DNA of 60,741 nucleotides from a virus (lineage: Duplodnaviria > Caudoviricetes), in IMG/VR virus record IMGVR_UViG_3300031576_000045, positions 1-60,741 of that record; one strand, 5' to 3'. A program made the position numbers and the translations under genes. Positions within the stretch are counted from its first letter, which is position 1. Each line of letters starts with the position of its first letter. The notes beneath the pieces were generated by a model. It was given only the letters and a program-made list of their open reading frames with translations, did no database searches and had not been told where the DNA came from. Below, in pieces: positions 8,366 through 17,878 of this stretch.

Positions 8366-8661
8366 TTCTCACTCTGGACATGGACGACTTGTCGATCCCG
8401 CTCCCGTGCGGCTGCCGCGTAACCGACCTCAAGGTCTTCATCGACGGCCGAGAGACGCCCCGCGTCTTTCGTATAGAGGCACACCGCCGCTCGACGCTCG
8501 AGAAGGCGCACCAGTCGGCAAGACGCTGGACCATCTACCGGTACGCCGAGAACGAGAAGCACGGGATCATCGTGCACAACGGCGAGCCGCTGCTGTTCGT
8601 CACCGTGACCTGCAAGCCGGTGGAGCTGCGGTGCAAGCACCACCCGGAGCGCACGCCGTGA
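8362..8661 (+). CDS. hypothetical protein
   Basis: AAGGAG RBS, GTGA overlap. Confidence 0.65.
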   Translation: MILTLDMDDLSIPLPCGCRVTDLKVFIDGRETPRVFRIEAHRRSTLEKAHQSARRWTIYRYAENEKHGIIVHNGEPLLFVTVTCKPVELRCKHHPERTP

Positions 8662-8885
8662 CACCCATCGACCTGCGCAAGCTGGTGAACTCTGCCGAGC
8701 GCGCCTCGTGGGCGCTCCACCGTCTCGCCGCGGCTGCCGAGGCCATCGTTCTTCGCGGTTACGGCTCAGTCGGGACGCCTGAGAAACCGTGCGCGCGGTG
8801 CGGCTCCATGCTGCAGAGGTACGGCTCTACGCCCGGCGTCTGTCTCGCATGCGGCCTGGTCGAGAACGCTGCGCCGGTCGAGTGA
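8658..8885 (+). CDS. small Zn-ribbon protein
   Basis: CARC...CLAC; last gene of the + strand operon. Confidence 0.6.
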   Translation: MTPIDLRKLVNSAERASWALHRLAAAAEAIVLRGYGSVGTPEKPCARCGSMLQRYGSTPGVCLACGLVENAAPVE

Positions 8886-8888
8886 CCA

Positions 8889-9329
8889 TCACCGCGGCAG
8901 CCAACGCGCCGCGGTCCAGCCGACGTACCCGCCGAGCGCAAGGCCGACCACCAGCGCGATCGCCGAGAAGAGTAGCGACGTCGTTCCGAGCGGCGGGGGC
9001 GCGACCTCGAGCTGCTTGCGCCGCTCGTCGCAGGTGACCAGCAGACACGCCTGACGCGCGGCCCGCTGCGGCGGGAGACGCCACGAACCGTCGGCGTCCT
9101 GCGTCGCCGGCTGCGTCGGGTCGTTCGCCGGGCACTGCGCGTAGAGCGCGTCCCCGTAACGCCCGGCGTCGGGCGCGCCGCCGTCGAACTCGAGGGCCCC
9201 GGCGTCAGGAGCCTCGCTCAACCGCTCGAAAGTATGAGCCGACCCGCGGGCCGCCTGCGGCAGGAGCGCGGCGAGCACCACGGCGGCGATCGCTCGCCCT
9301 GCGCCCGTTTTGGCGACCTGGCTGGGCAT
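8889..9329 (-). CDS. exported, C-terminally membrane-anchored lysis protein (spanin-like topology)
   Basis: N-terminal signal-like segment, PDAG repeats, Cys residues, C-terminal TM; last gene of lysis cassette. Confidence 0.55.
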   Translation of the reverse strand: MPSQVAKTGAGRAIAAVVLAALLPQAARGSAHTFERLSEAPDAGALEFDGGAPDAGRYGDALYAQCPANDPTQPATQDADGSWRLPPQRAARQACLLVTCDERRKQLEVAPPPLGTTSLLFSAIALVVGLALGGYVGWTAARWLPR

Positions 9330-9339
9330 TACGGGGCGT

Positions 9340-10014
9340 TCAGCCGTTCAGCGTCGGGCCTGGGTCCTTCGCCGCTGCCACCCCTGCAGCCTGAGCCGGC
9401 GCCGGGTCGGGCTTGCGCGCCTTCCACCACTCGTAAACGTCCTTGCCCCAGCCGTAGAGGGCGCCGGCCAGGCCGACCACCCCGCCCGAGCCGATCGCGG
9501 TGAGACCGACGACCTCGGGCGTCAGCGCGGTCCCCGTCGCGGCGATCGCGCCGATGGACAGCGCCGAGCTCGCGAGGCCGTTCAACAGCACGCCGCCCGG
9601 CTTCGTGTCGAACAGGAAGCGCAGGCAGCTCTCGACCCAACCCACGAAGCCTTTCGCGTCGTCTGGGATCGCGTCGTGCAGCTTCTTCCCGAAGACGCGG
9701 AGCGCCAGCACCAGCAGCACCACCCCGAGGACGACCGCTGCGAACGCCTCGCCCGCCCTCACAGCGCCGCCGAACGCCTTCGCGATGACCACCAGCGCAT
9801 CGAGCATGGGGTCTCGGCCGCTTGCCTGGGGTCCCGAAACCGCGAGCGGGGCGCGTGGCGCAGAGAGGGCTGGCTCCGTGGCGTCTAGCGTCTCGTCCTG
9901 AGCGAAAGCACCCTGGGCGAGCAGCGCCGACCCGATCGCGGCGAGCAGCGCGCCCCAGGCAAACGCGCGGCGAGCTCGGCGGCGGTACATCTGGGCTTGT
10001 GCAAGCGCTTGCAT
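9340..10014 (-). CDS. multi-TM membrane protein (holin/antiholin candidate)
   Basis: Signal-like N-terminus and several hydrophobic helices, next to endolysin. Confidence 0.6.
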   Translation of the reverse strand: MQALAQAQMYRRRARRAFAWGALLAAIGSALLAQGAFAQDETLDATEPALSAPRAPLAVSGPQASGRDPMLDALVVIAKAFGGAVRAGEAFAAVVLGVVLLVLALRVFGKKLHDAIPDDAKGFVGWVESCLRFLFDTKPGGVLLNGLASSALSIGAIAATGTALTPEVVGLTAIGSGGVVGLAGALYGWGKDVYEWWKARKPDPAPAQAAGVAAAKDPGPTLNG

Positions 10015-10023
10015 GGGCGGCTC

Positions 10024-10551
10024 CTACGGGTGAGCGAAGAACGTCACCGGCAGGTTACCGAACCCCTGCGCCAGAGTCCCGTGCGCGAAGTTGGTCGAGC
10101 CCGCCTGGGCGATCCAGATACGGAGGCCCCGCTCCGTCTCTGCCTTCGGCGGCATCACGAGCGCCACGTGCCCCGGCCTACCCGGCGTGTTCTTCCAGCC
10201 GGCGACGACCGGGCATCCTGCGTCGGCGAGAGCTCGGGCGATCCACGGCTGCACCTGCGCCCATCCCGCGGCCTGCCCGCGGTGGTCGGCAAGCCAGTCG
10301 ACCATGTCGTTCGCTCGCATGCGCGGCAGCTCGACCGAGAGCATGCGCAGCCCCTCGCGCACGAAGAAGTTGCAGAACGTCTCGTCCACGTCATCGCCGG
10401 TCACGTCGCGCCTCGCGTAGCGTCGCTGCACCGCGAGGAAGTCGGCCGCGGCATGGAGCGCACCTGGGCTCCGCGTCTCAGGCTTGCTGAGTACCGGCAC
10501 CTGGACTTCGGTCGCCAGGTCCACGTCGAGCTGCATCACGCCTTCGTTCAC
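10024..10551 (-). CDS. endolysin, CHAP/NlpC-type Cys-His amidase/peptidase
   Basis: TFCNFFV...ANDM..WL...GHVALV...AQAG; position in lysis cassette. Confidence 0.75.
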   Translation of the reverse strand: MNEGVMQLDVDLATEVQVPVLSKPETRSPGALHAAADFLAVQRRYARRDVTGDDVDETFCNFFVREGLRMLSVELPRMRANDMVDWLADHRGQAAGWAQVQPWIARALADAGCPVVAGWKNTPGRPGHVALVMPPKAETERGLRIWIAQAGSTNFAHGTLAQGFGNLPVTFFAHP

Positions 10552-11024
10552 GGCTGGCCTCCGTCACGAGATGGCGGTGTCGGCGGCGGCGGCAGCGGTT
10601 TCTGCAGCCTGGGACTCGGCCGGTTCGTGAGGATGACCTCCTGCAACGCGCGGGCGTACTCGCGCTGGTCGACGCGCGCGTCGTAGACCTCGGTGCGGAG
10701 CTGCCCGGTCTGCTGCTCGTTGGAGGTGACCCTAGCCTCGAGACCCTTGAGCCCAGCGTCGATCACCGCGACGGCCTTCAGCTGGTCGCGCACCTCCTCG
10801 CGCGCCTGAGCTCGCGCCTCGGTTCGCACCAGGGACGCGGCGGCGACGATGCCGGCGAAGCCGCCGCCGCCCAGGAACAAGCCCACGGCGGCGACGATGG
10901 CGCGGGTGACGTTCGTCGAGTGACGCATCTCTCCGATGGTGACGGCCTGGCCGGGGTCGGTCTTCTCCTCGGGAATACCGGGGACCTCGAGCTTCGCTTC
11001 CTTGGGCGGGTCGACGTCCGGCAC
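10548..11024 (-). CDS. single-TM coiled-coil protein (holin or i-spanin-like)
   Basis: TM AIVAAVGLFLGGGGFAGIVAAA, then coiled coil and Pro-rich tail. Confidence 0.6.
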   Translation of the reverse strand: MPDVDPPKEAKLEVPGIPEEKTDPGQAVTIGEMRHSTNVTRAIVAAVGLFLGGGGFAGIVAAASLVRTEARAQAREEVRDQLKAVAVIDAGLKGLEARVTSNEQQTGQLRTEVYDARVDQREYARALQEVILTNRPSPRLQKPLPPPPTPPSRDGGQP

Positions 11025-11057
11025 GCGCGCAAGGGTAGCCGTCCGCCGACGGACTCG

Positions 11058-12758
11058 CTAGCCCCCGGCGCGGAGCCGCTTGAGTGCTAGCACCGTGTCC
11101 GTGCCGCCCACGACCTGGTTCACGCCCGCGCCCGCGGAGTGGTTGACGACGACGGTCAGTAGGTCGCCGACGACGAGCTGCTGGTTCGTGTGCTTGAGGT
11201 GCAGCCAGGCGTTGCCGGCTGCCGGTACGGCCTGCACCTCGCCCACGGCGATTTGCGCCCCGTTGCGGTAGAGGAACAGGCTTACGGTGACGTTTGGGAG
11301 CCCGGTCTGGAACTGCAGGTCGGCGGAGACCTCGTAGACGCCAGCCGCGTTCACGGTGAAGACGCCCGTCGCCGGGTTGTACTGCGCCCCCGAGTCGAGC
11401 TGCTCGTTGTCGAAGACGATCACCGTCGGGACGTTGGGGCCCGGGATGACCTGGACGACGCTTCGAGTGGCGCGCACGAGGAAGGTGTCGAGCGTCGTGT
11501 CCTGCTTCGGCCCGATGCCCGGCCTGACCTCCGACTCCATCCATCGATCTCGGTAACCGCCGCCCGACTGGCGCCCGGTCCACTCCGTCGAGTGCTGCTT
11601 GCCCGAGACCCGGTGCTTGATGCCGTAGGCCACGATCTTGATCGCCTGATCGAACGTCACGCCGTCCTTCTCGATCTCGATCGTGTCGCCCAGCATCGCC
11701 GGGTAAAACATCGGCGTTACGAGCGAGACGTACGAACGCGGCTGCGACAGGTCGTCCCGGATCGCGTCGGCCATGCGCTGCGCCTCGACCGCCGTATCGA
11801 TCCCCGACGTCGCTGCTTCCCCCACCTCCATGAACCGCACGCCATACAGGTTCTGCGACGTCACGTCCTGCGCTAGCACGGTGAGCCGGCGACGCAGCCC
11901 GGTCTTCTCCGTGAAGGCGACCTGGATTCTGTTCCGAAGGTCCTCGAGCGAGTAGCGCTGCTGCGAGACGGAGAAGTAGGCGTCGCGCCGCCAGACCTTG
12001 TTCGGCGTCACCGCGGGCGTGCGCGGCGGCAACCACAAAGCGAGGCCGATGACCCCGAAGCCCTCGCTCCAGCGGTACCGCACGTCGAAGCCGATCTGAG
12101 CGGCGAGGCGACGGATCGCCTCGAGCGTCGACATGCGGTCCTGCACGAACTGCCGGATGACCCACCCTGGGACCGCCTCGTCGAAGAAGAACGGCACGAC
12201 GTCGGGCGCCGTCATGTTGTCGATCAGGATCTGAAGCATGACCAGGTCGACCTGGATACCGGCCGCCGTGCTGTAGATGCGCTTGTCGACCTCGATGAAC
12301 CGGTCAAGGACCTTCCCGCCCAGGTCGCGCGCGGTGACCTTCACCTCGTTGTCGTCGGCGGCCCCCCAATCCACCTCAAGAACGTGGCCCTCGAAGATGG
12401 TCACCCAGCGCGCAGGCCCGCCGTCGGAAGCGCTCACCGCGGCGTCGAGGAAGATGCGCCGGCCGATATCCAGGATCCGCCCGAACGCTCCAGCGGCGGT
12501 GCGGTTGAGCCGGCTGTCCTGCAGCGGGGCGATCGACAGGTTCCAGTGCGCGCGCGTGAGCACCACCTCCGCGACGGCGGTCGGCTGGTCCATGTGCTCG
12601 CTCCACTCGACCGAGACCACCCAGTTCAGGTTCGAGCCCACCGGCAGGTTCGCGTAGTCGCGCAGCACGTCGTCGGCGTCGGCGATGCGCACGCGGACGT
12701 GCGCGTTGTAGCCGAGCTTCTCGAAGACCGTCTGCTCGATGCTGTTGAGCGCGCGCAC
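11058..12758 (-). CDS. tail tip/hub (Tal-like) protein with C-terminal C1q-like domain
   Basis: Follows Dit-like gene; SQNLYGVRFMEV; C-terminal IVFDNEQLDSGAQYNPATGVFTVNAAGVYEV. Confidence 0.8.
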   Translation of the reverse strand: MRALNSIEQTVFEKLGYNAHVRVRIADADDVLRDYANLPVGSNLNWVVSVEWSEHMDQPTAVAEVVLTRAHWNLSIAPLQDSRLNRTAAGAFGRILDIGRRIFLDAAVSASDGGPARWVTIFEGHVLEVDWGAADDNEVKVTARDLGGKVLDRFIEVDKRIYSTAAGIQVDLVMLQILIDNMTAPDVVPFFFDEAVPGWVIRQFVQDRMSTLEAIRRLAAQIGFDVRYRWSEGFGVIGLALWLPPRTPAVTPNKVWRRDAYFSVSQQRYSLEDLRNRIQVAFTEKTGLRRRLTVLAQDVTSQNLYGVRFMEVGEAATSGIDTAVEAQRMADAIRDDLSQPRSYVSLVTPMFYPAMLGDTIEIEKDGVTFDQAIKIVAYGIKHRVSGKQHSTEWTGRQSGGGYRDRWMESEVRPGIGPKQDTTLDTFLVRATRSVVQVIPGPNVPTVIVFDNEQLDSGAQYNPATGVFTVNAAGVYEVSADLQFQTGLPNVTVSLFLYRNGAQIAVGEVQAVPAAGNAWLHLKHTNQQLVVGDLLTVVVNHSAGAGVNQVVGGTDTVLALKRLRAGG

Positions 12759-12762
12759 GTAC

Positions 12763-14427
12763 TCAGACCTCGGTCAGAAGGATCTCGACGCTGCGGTTGT
12801 TCTGCGTGAACGTCGCGTCCATCACCGCCTGGACGAACTCGCCGCTCGGGAGCTCGCCCAGCACAATCGCCCGAGGCGGACCGCTCACGATGCCGGCGCC
12901 CTCGGCGTCGAGCCGCGGGAGGTCGGAGAAGGCGCGGCCCGAGCCGAAGACGGCGCTCACGCCCGCCGCGGTCATCGCGTACGGAACGACGACGAAATCG
13001 TCGATCAGCCCGCCGTTGAACCGGCGAAAGCTCACGTTGTGGTCGTTCCCGACGTAGATCGCGTTCGTCTTCGAGAAGTTCGGCAGCACGCCCGCGCCGC
13101 TCGCCAGCGCCTGGTTGTGCAGCACGCCGTCGACGTAGAGCTTCAGCTGGTTCAGGTCGGTGCCGAAGACCGAGTTCCTTCGGATGACCACAGCGAAGTG
13201 CTTCCACCCGTCGAACGGCCACACGAGAGCGACAGGCAGCATGGGCACCGAGCCGATTCCGCCCACGTCGTTCCCGCCAACCTCGACGATGATCTGCGAG
13301 GCGCCAATGTCGAAGGTCACCTGCACGAAGTGCCCGCGCGCCAGCATGGTCCCCGAGCCGCCGAAGTCCTGCGTGATGGTGTAGAGCGGCGCGACGAGGT
13401 CGGGGAACAAGCTCTGCCCGCGGTTCGCCCAGAACATCACCGTGAGGTCGACGGCGGTGCGAACGTCCTCGGAGATGGTGCGCCCGCTCGACAGGAAGCT
13501 CTGCACGTCCATCCGGAGGAAGCCGGTCGCGCGCGCGCCGTCGACCCACGACGTCGGTCCCTGCTGCTGCTCGACCTGCAGGGCGTCGATCAGCACCTGG
13601 ACGCCGCTGTCGGCGGTGTCCTCCAAGATCTCGAAGACCAGCGTGGGCGCTACCGCTCCGGCAAACACTGTGGAGGTCATGCGCGTCCACTTCGTCGAGC
13701 CGAACGGTTCGGGCACGAGCACGGTCTGGATCGTCCCGTTGACGCCGTTGGTGACGTCCTTCAGTTGGCACCGCACCGCGCCGCTCGCCTGCACGTAGAC
13801 CTGCGCCGAGTAGCCGACAGCGCCGGGGCCGCCGCCCGTCGTGCAGCTCGTGCCGCCGCGGACGCCGTTGACGACGGCCGACGTCGTGAAGCGCAGCACC
13901 TTCGTCCCCTGGAACGCGACCCATCGGGAGTCGAGCGTCGACGGGTCTCTCGACTCGAAGGTCGGGCAGGCGTCGATGTTGGTGAAGCCGGCCGTCGTGC
14001 CGAGCGTGTCGGTGCCGGTCCTCACGTTCTGCGCCAGCATGTTCGTGGTGCCGTTCTCGACCGCCAGCGCGCCCCCGTACTTGAGCCCCGCCTCGCCGGG
14101 CTGGGGGATGAGGTCGGTGACGCCCTTGCGGATGCTGTAGACGTTCGCAGCAGCGGGATTGAGGGGACCGAACCCCTTCAGGTCGAAGGCGTCGACGTCG
14201 AACGGGAAGTGGTGCCCGTTGCCCGCGACCAGGCCGGCGATCATCAGCGTCTGCTCGGGGTTGAGCACCGGCGTCTTGAAGGTCCACACCCGCTTGACGC
14301 TGGTGCGCGTGGTGCGGAGCGAGCCGTCCATCGTGCGCTGCCGAGAGCCGTGCTCCTCGAACCCGTATGCGGCGGAGCCGTCCTCGACGGGGATCGCGAT
14401 GTTGTTGAGCTTCAGGAAGTCGGCCAC
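12763..14427 (-). CDS. distal tail (Dit-like) protein with inserted CBM and LamG-like domains
   Basis: RTMDGSLR..KRVWTFKT; IDALQVEQ..PTSWVDG; WKHFAVV..LYVDG..IYVG..FNGGLIDD. Confidence 0.75.
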   Translation of the reverse strand: MADFLKLNNIAIPVEDGSAAYGFEEHGSRQRTMDGSLRTTRTSVKRVWTFKTPVLNPEQTLMIAGLVAGNGHHFPFDVDAFDLKGFGPLNPAAANVYSIRKGVTDLIPQPGEAGLKYGGALAVENGTTNMLAQNVRTGTDTLGTTAGFTNIDACPTFESRDPSTLDSRWVAFQGTKVLRFTTSAVVNGVRGGTSCTTGGGPGAVGYSAQVYVQASGAVRCQLKDVTNGVNGTIQTVLVPEPFGSTKWTRMTSTVFAGAVAPTLVFEILEDTADSGVQVLIDALQVEQQQGPTSWVDGARATGFLRMDVQSFLSSGRTISEDVRTAVDLTVMFWANRGQSLFPDLVAPLYTITQDFGGSGTMLARGHFVQVTFDIGASQIIVEVGGNDVGGIGSVPMLPVALVWPFDGWKHFAVVIRRNSVFGTDLNQLKLYVDGVLHNQALASGAGVLPNFSKTNAIYVGNDHNVSFRRFNGGLIDDFVVVPYAMTAAGVSAVFGSGRAFSDLPRLDAEGAGIVSGPPRAIVLGELPSGEFVQAVMDATFTQNNRSVEILLTEV

Positions 14428-14431
14428 GAGC

Positions 14432-16468
14432 TCAGCCCCCGACCCACTGCGGCGCTGCGGCCACCGACGCGCCGGTGCGGAGGAAGCTCTCGCGCTGCAC
14501 GGTGCGGCGGAGCTCCGCCCAGAAAGCCTTCGGGTCGCTCGCGACGATCGTCACGTGCTCGATCGTGACGCCGCCGCCGCCCATCGCGCCGAGAGGGACG
14601 ATCGCCTCGGGCCCGCCTTCGCCGACCATCGCGAGCGTGGGCTTCGTGACGATGCCGCCGTGCTGGAATCCCGGGATGCCGAGCTCGCGCTTGAGCTCGA
14701 ACTTGCTCATCTCGGGGTCCATCGCCGCGAACCGAGACGCCATGACCTTGAACCCGGTCGGGACGTTCGTCAGGGACTCCGTCGCCGCTTGCGCTGCCTT
14801 CGTCAGGTCCTCGTGGGCCTTAGTGTTCTCGTCGATCGCGTCGGTGTTCGGCGGCAGCTCGGAGATGAGCCCCTCGTTCTTCACCGTCTCAGCGCGGTTC
14901 GCCGCAGCGCCCGCGACCTCGGCGTTCGATCGGAAACCCTGGCCCTTGATTGCATTCTCGATGCGCTCGCCGAGCGTGCCCACGAAAGCGCCGAACTCGT
15001 CGAACCGGCTCGTGAGCCAGCCGATCGCCTTGTCCAGCTCCTTGAACATCTCATCGAAGCTCGCGGTGACGGCCTCGATGAGCGCGCCGAACAGCTGGAG
15101 CGGCACGAGGAGGAGCTGAAGAATCGGGATGATGATCTTCAGCGGAAAGGTGAGCAGCTTCATGAAGCCGCCGAGAGACCTGACGAGCCAGGAGACGGTC
15201 GAGAGCGGCTCAGCGAGAGACTTCAGGAGCGGAGCGAAGCCCTTGAGGATCTCTCCGATCATTTCCAGCGGTCCCGCCAAGGTGGAGAAGAGCGCGTCGA
15301 ACGCCGGCTTGGACGACTCGAAGAGGCTTGCGAGCCCGCCCACGAGAGGCTCGAGCACGCCGAGCAGGCCATCGAGGACGCCGTTGATGAACGCGATGAT
15401 CTCCCCGAAGCCTTCCGTCTCCGAGATGAGCTGTACGATGACGGCGATCAGCGCGCCCCAAACGCCGCCGACCTCGGCGCCCTGCTGCGCGGCCTGCACG
15501 AGCTGGTTGAGTCTGGGGACTGCTTGAAGCACCGAGCCACCGAACGCGGCCATCGCGCCGCTAGCCGCCCTGATGCTCTCGACCATCTCCAGCGCGCCCT
15601 CGGCCATGATCAGCGGCGGCTCGGAGAGAGACTCTTTGTACTGCACGATGAACTGCTCCCAGTCCGAGGTGGGGTCCCAGTCCTCCGCCTCGTCCGAGAG
15701 CCGGGCGACGGAGTTCGCGGCGTCGTCCGCCGCCTTCTCCAGCCGGCGCATCTCCGCCTCGGCCGCGCCGCCGCCGCCCTTCGCCTTCATCGACCCGGTG
15801 AAGTTCTCTCCCTTCGTGGTCATCAACGTCTCGACCTGGCCGAGCGTGCGTTTGACGATCTTCTCGACGTCGAGGAAGTTCTCCTTCATCGCGTCGGCCG
15901 CCCCGGCGAAGTCGCCGGAGAGCACGGAGACGATCGCGGACGCCACGGCGCCGATCGACTTCCCGACCGCGTCGAACACTCCGATGATGACCGCGCCGAC
16001 CGAGCCGAGCACGCGGAACACGCCGGCGATGAAGTTCCCGGCGTCCTTGAACGCGTTGGCCGCGTCCTTCGAGTTCAGGAATTCCTTCGTCAGCTTGTCG
16101 AGGATCGGCGCCAGCTGACTCGCCGCCTGCGCGCCGACGCGGGCGAACGCCTCGTGGAGCGCCTCGACGTTCCCGACGAACTTCTTCATCGGTCCGCTGC
16201 CCGCCGCGGCCGCCTGCTTGGCGCTGTCGAAGATGAACCCGCCGAGCTCCTGGATCGCGTGGGCGAACATCTTCACGGCCTTCACCGCGAAGGCGGCGTT
16301 CGCCTTCTGGCCGATATCCCCCAGGCTCTTGCCCGCCTCCTCCGCGGCCTCCGCGGTTCCGCCGAGAGTCTCCTCGAGAGCCTCGATGCGGTCGCTCAGT
16401 TCCTGCAACGAGTCCGCGGCGCCGGAGTCGTCCGCGTCGATCTCGAAGCTCAGAGTCCCGAGTGCCAT
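14432..16468 (-). CDS. tail tape measure protein
   Basis: Ala/Gly-rich helical; C-terminal PGFQHGGIVTKPTLAMVGEGGPEAIVPL; follows chaperone pair. Confidence 0.9.
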   Translation of the reverse strand: MALGTLSFEIDADDSGAADSLQELSDRIEALEETLGGTAEAAEEAGKSLGDIGQKANAAFAVKAVKMFAHAIQELGGFIFDSAKQAAAAGSGPMKKFVGNVEALHEAFARVGAQAASQLAPILDKLTKEFLNSKDAANAFKDAGNFIAGVFRVLGSVGAVIIGVFDAVGKSIGAVASAIVSVLSGDFAGAADAMKENFLDVEKIVKRTLGQVETLMTTKGENFTGSMKAKGGGGAAEAEMRRLEKAADDAANSVARLSDEAEDWDPTSDWEQFIVQYKESLSEPPLIMAEGALEMVESIRAASGAMAAFGGSVLQAVPRLNQLVQAAQQGAEVGGVWGALIAVIVQLISETEGFGEIIAFINGVLDGLLGVLEPLVGGLASLFESSKPAFDALFSTLAGPLEMIGEILKGFAPLLKSLAEPLSTVSWLVRSLGGFMKLLTFPLKIIIPILQLLLVPLQLFGALIEAVTASFDEMFKELDKAIGWLTSRFDEFGAFVGTLGERIENAIKGQGFRSNAEVAGAAANRAETVKNEGLISELPPNTDAIDENTKAHEDLTKAAQAATESLTNVPTGFKVMASRFAAMDPEMSKFELKRELGIPGFQHGGIVTKPTLAMVGEGGPEAIVPLGAMGGGGVTIEHVTIVASDPKAFWAELRRTVQRESFLRTGASVAAAPQWVGG

Positions 16469-16471
16469 CGG

Positions 16472-17085
16472 TCAGCGTCGTCCCTTCTTCACCCGCGCGT
16501 CTGCTACCGCCTTGTCGTGGGTTTTCTTCTTCAGCTCGTAGTCTAGCCTGAAGTATTCGGCCCACTCCGCGAACTCGTCGACCGAGAGCCCTTCCTCGAG
16601 CTCGTGCACCGTGCGCTTGAGCTTCAGGGCGAGGAAGTGGAGGAACTGCCGCTCTGGGTCGAGTCGGATTTTTTTTCGACGTCCACCTGCTTGACGTTGA
16701 TGAGCTCCATCGCGGCCGAGACGAGCTTGTCGATGCCGCCGCCCGCGAGCTGATCGGAGAGCGTCTGGTAGTCGACGTCGTTGAAGACGCGAACGTCGGT
16801 CTCGGGGAAGTACGTGCACGCGATCACCGAGACGATCTGCATCTTGCCCAGGTCGAAGTTCACCTGGACCTTCTTCGTGGGCTTGCCGTTGCGGTGCCCG
16901 CCCTCGGTCTCGTCGGTCTCGGCCGCGGTGATCTGTGCCGATCGGTAGATGGCGTTCCGAGTCCCGAGCGTCGGCTGCCGCACCTCGAGCTCGAAGCCGT
17001 TGTGGGCGACGCGAACCGCTCGAGCCTTAGGGCTCGTCAGAAACGCGGTGCGCGCCTGAATCTGTTCTGGGGTCATCTGCACCAT
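16472..17085 (-). CDS. tail assembly chaperone gpGT (-1 frameshift product)
   Basis: Slippery GAA AAA AAA TCC (8 T at 16669-16676 on +); -1 frame reads KKIRLDPERQFLHFLAL... up to TMP. Confidence 0.85.
16624..17085 (-). CDS. tail assembly chaperone gpG
   Basis: Upstream of TMP, ends shortly after the A8 run; GGGAGAACGACC start motif. Confidence 0.85.
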   Translation of the reverse strand: MVQMTPEQIQARTAFLTSPKARAVRVAHNGFELEVRQPTLGTRNAIYRSAQITAAETDETEGGHRNGKPTKKVQVNFDLGKMQIVSVIACTYFPETDVRVFNDVDYQTLSDQLAGGGIDKLVSAAMELINVKQVDVEKKSDSTQSGSSSTSSP

Positions 17086-17375
17086 GCGGTCGTTCTCCCG
17101 TGCTGCGAGGTCGGACGAATAGAGCAGGCGCGCGCGCGGGCGTCTACCACGCACACTTCAGGCGAGCTCGAGCCAGCCCACCTCGGTCAGCTCGCGCGCG
17201 GGCACGATCGAAGGGTGCTTGAGCCTCAGCCCTCGCCAGGTGCGCGCAGTTCAGTGCGCGCGCGAAGCGCTGGGCGAAGCACGTCAAACGCTCAAGAATG
17301 CGCGGCGCCTGAAATCGATCGGTTTCGCATTTCGAGGGGGAGCGGGCAGTCAGGCGGGCAGCGTAAAAGCGCACC

Positions 17376-17657
17376 ATGCCATGTACCGCCGATCCTCCCG
17401 ACCTCACCCTCGCCGCGGTGCTCCGTGGCGCTCGACACCACGCACAGCTCTCGCAGACGGTCGCCTCAGTCCGCGCCGGGCTTTCACTCGCCACGCTCCG
17501 GCGCGCCGAGCTGTACGGCGCCGCCCGCGCCCGCACGCTTGCGGCGCTCGCGCGTGTCTATGGCGTGAGCGTCGACGACCTGCGAGGCCGGCGTGCGCCC
17601 GACCGCGGCGTTCAGGTGCCGCTGATGGGCAGCACCGAGAGCGAGCCGACGCGATGA
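17376..17657 (+). CDS. XRE-family helix-turn-helix regulator, antisense to tail operon
   Basis: LRGARHHAQLSQTVASVRAGLSLATLRRAE...LAALARVYGVSVDDL. Confidence 0.75.
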   Translation: MPCTADPPDLTLAAVLRGARHHAQLSQTVASVRAGLSLATLRRAELYGAARARTLAALARVYGVSVDDLRGRRAPDRGVQVPLMGSTESEPTR

Positions 17658-17878
17658 GCGCCGCGTGGTCGGTGAGCCAGTCGGTCGGATGCCCGCGGTT
17701 CGCACGGTGAGCCTCGCAGACGCCTATGCCGGCGATGTCGATCTCCGACACCCGGCCGCCGCGCTCGGCGTACAGCCGCAGCACCGGTTGCCAGCGCGCT
17801 TCCTCGTCGCACTGCATGCCCGTGTCGACACAGCCGCACTTCATGGAGCCTCGAGCTGCTCGGGTGCAAGCGCTGACA

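Noticed and set aside
12739-16546. Very long + strand ORFs (609 and 795 aa) and similar ones at 27519-29750 and 41005-42798
   Set aside because: Antisense shadows of real genes in high-GC DNA; Arg/Ala/Gly-rich with no motifs
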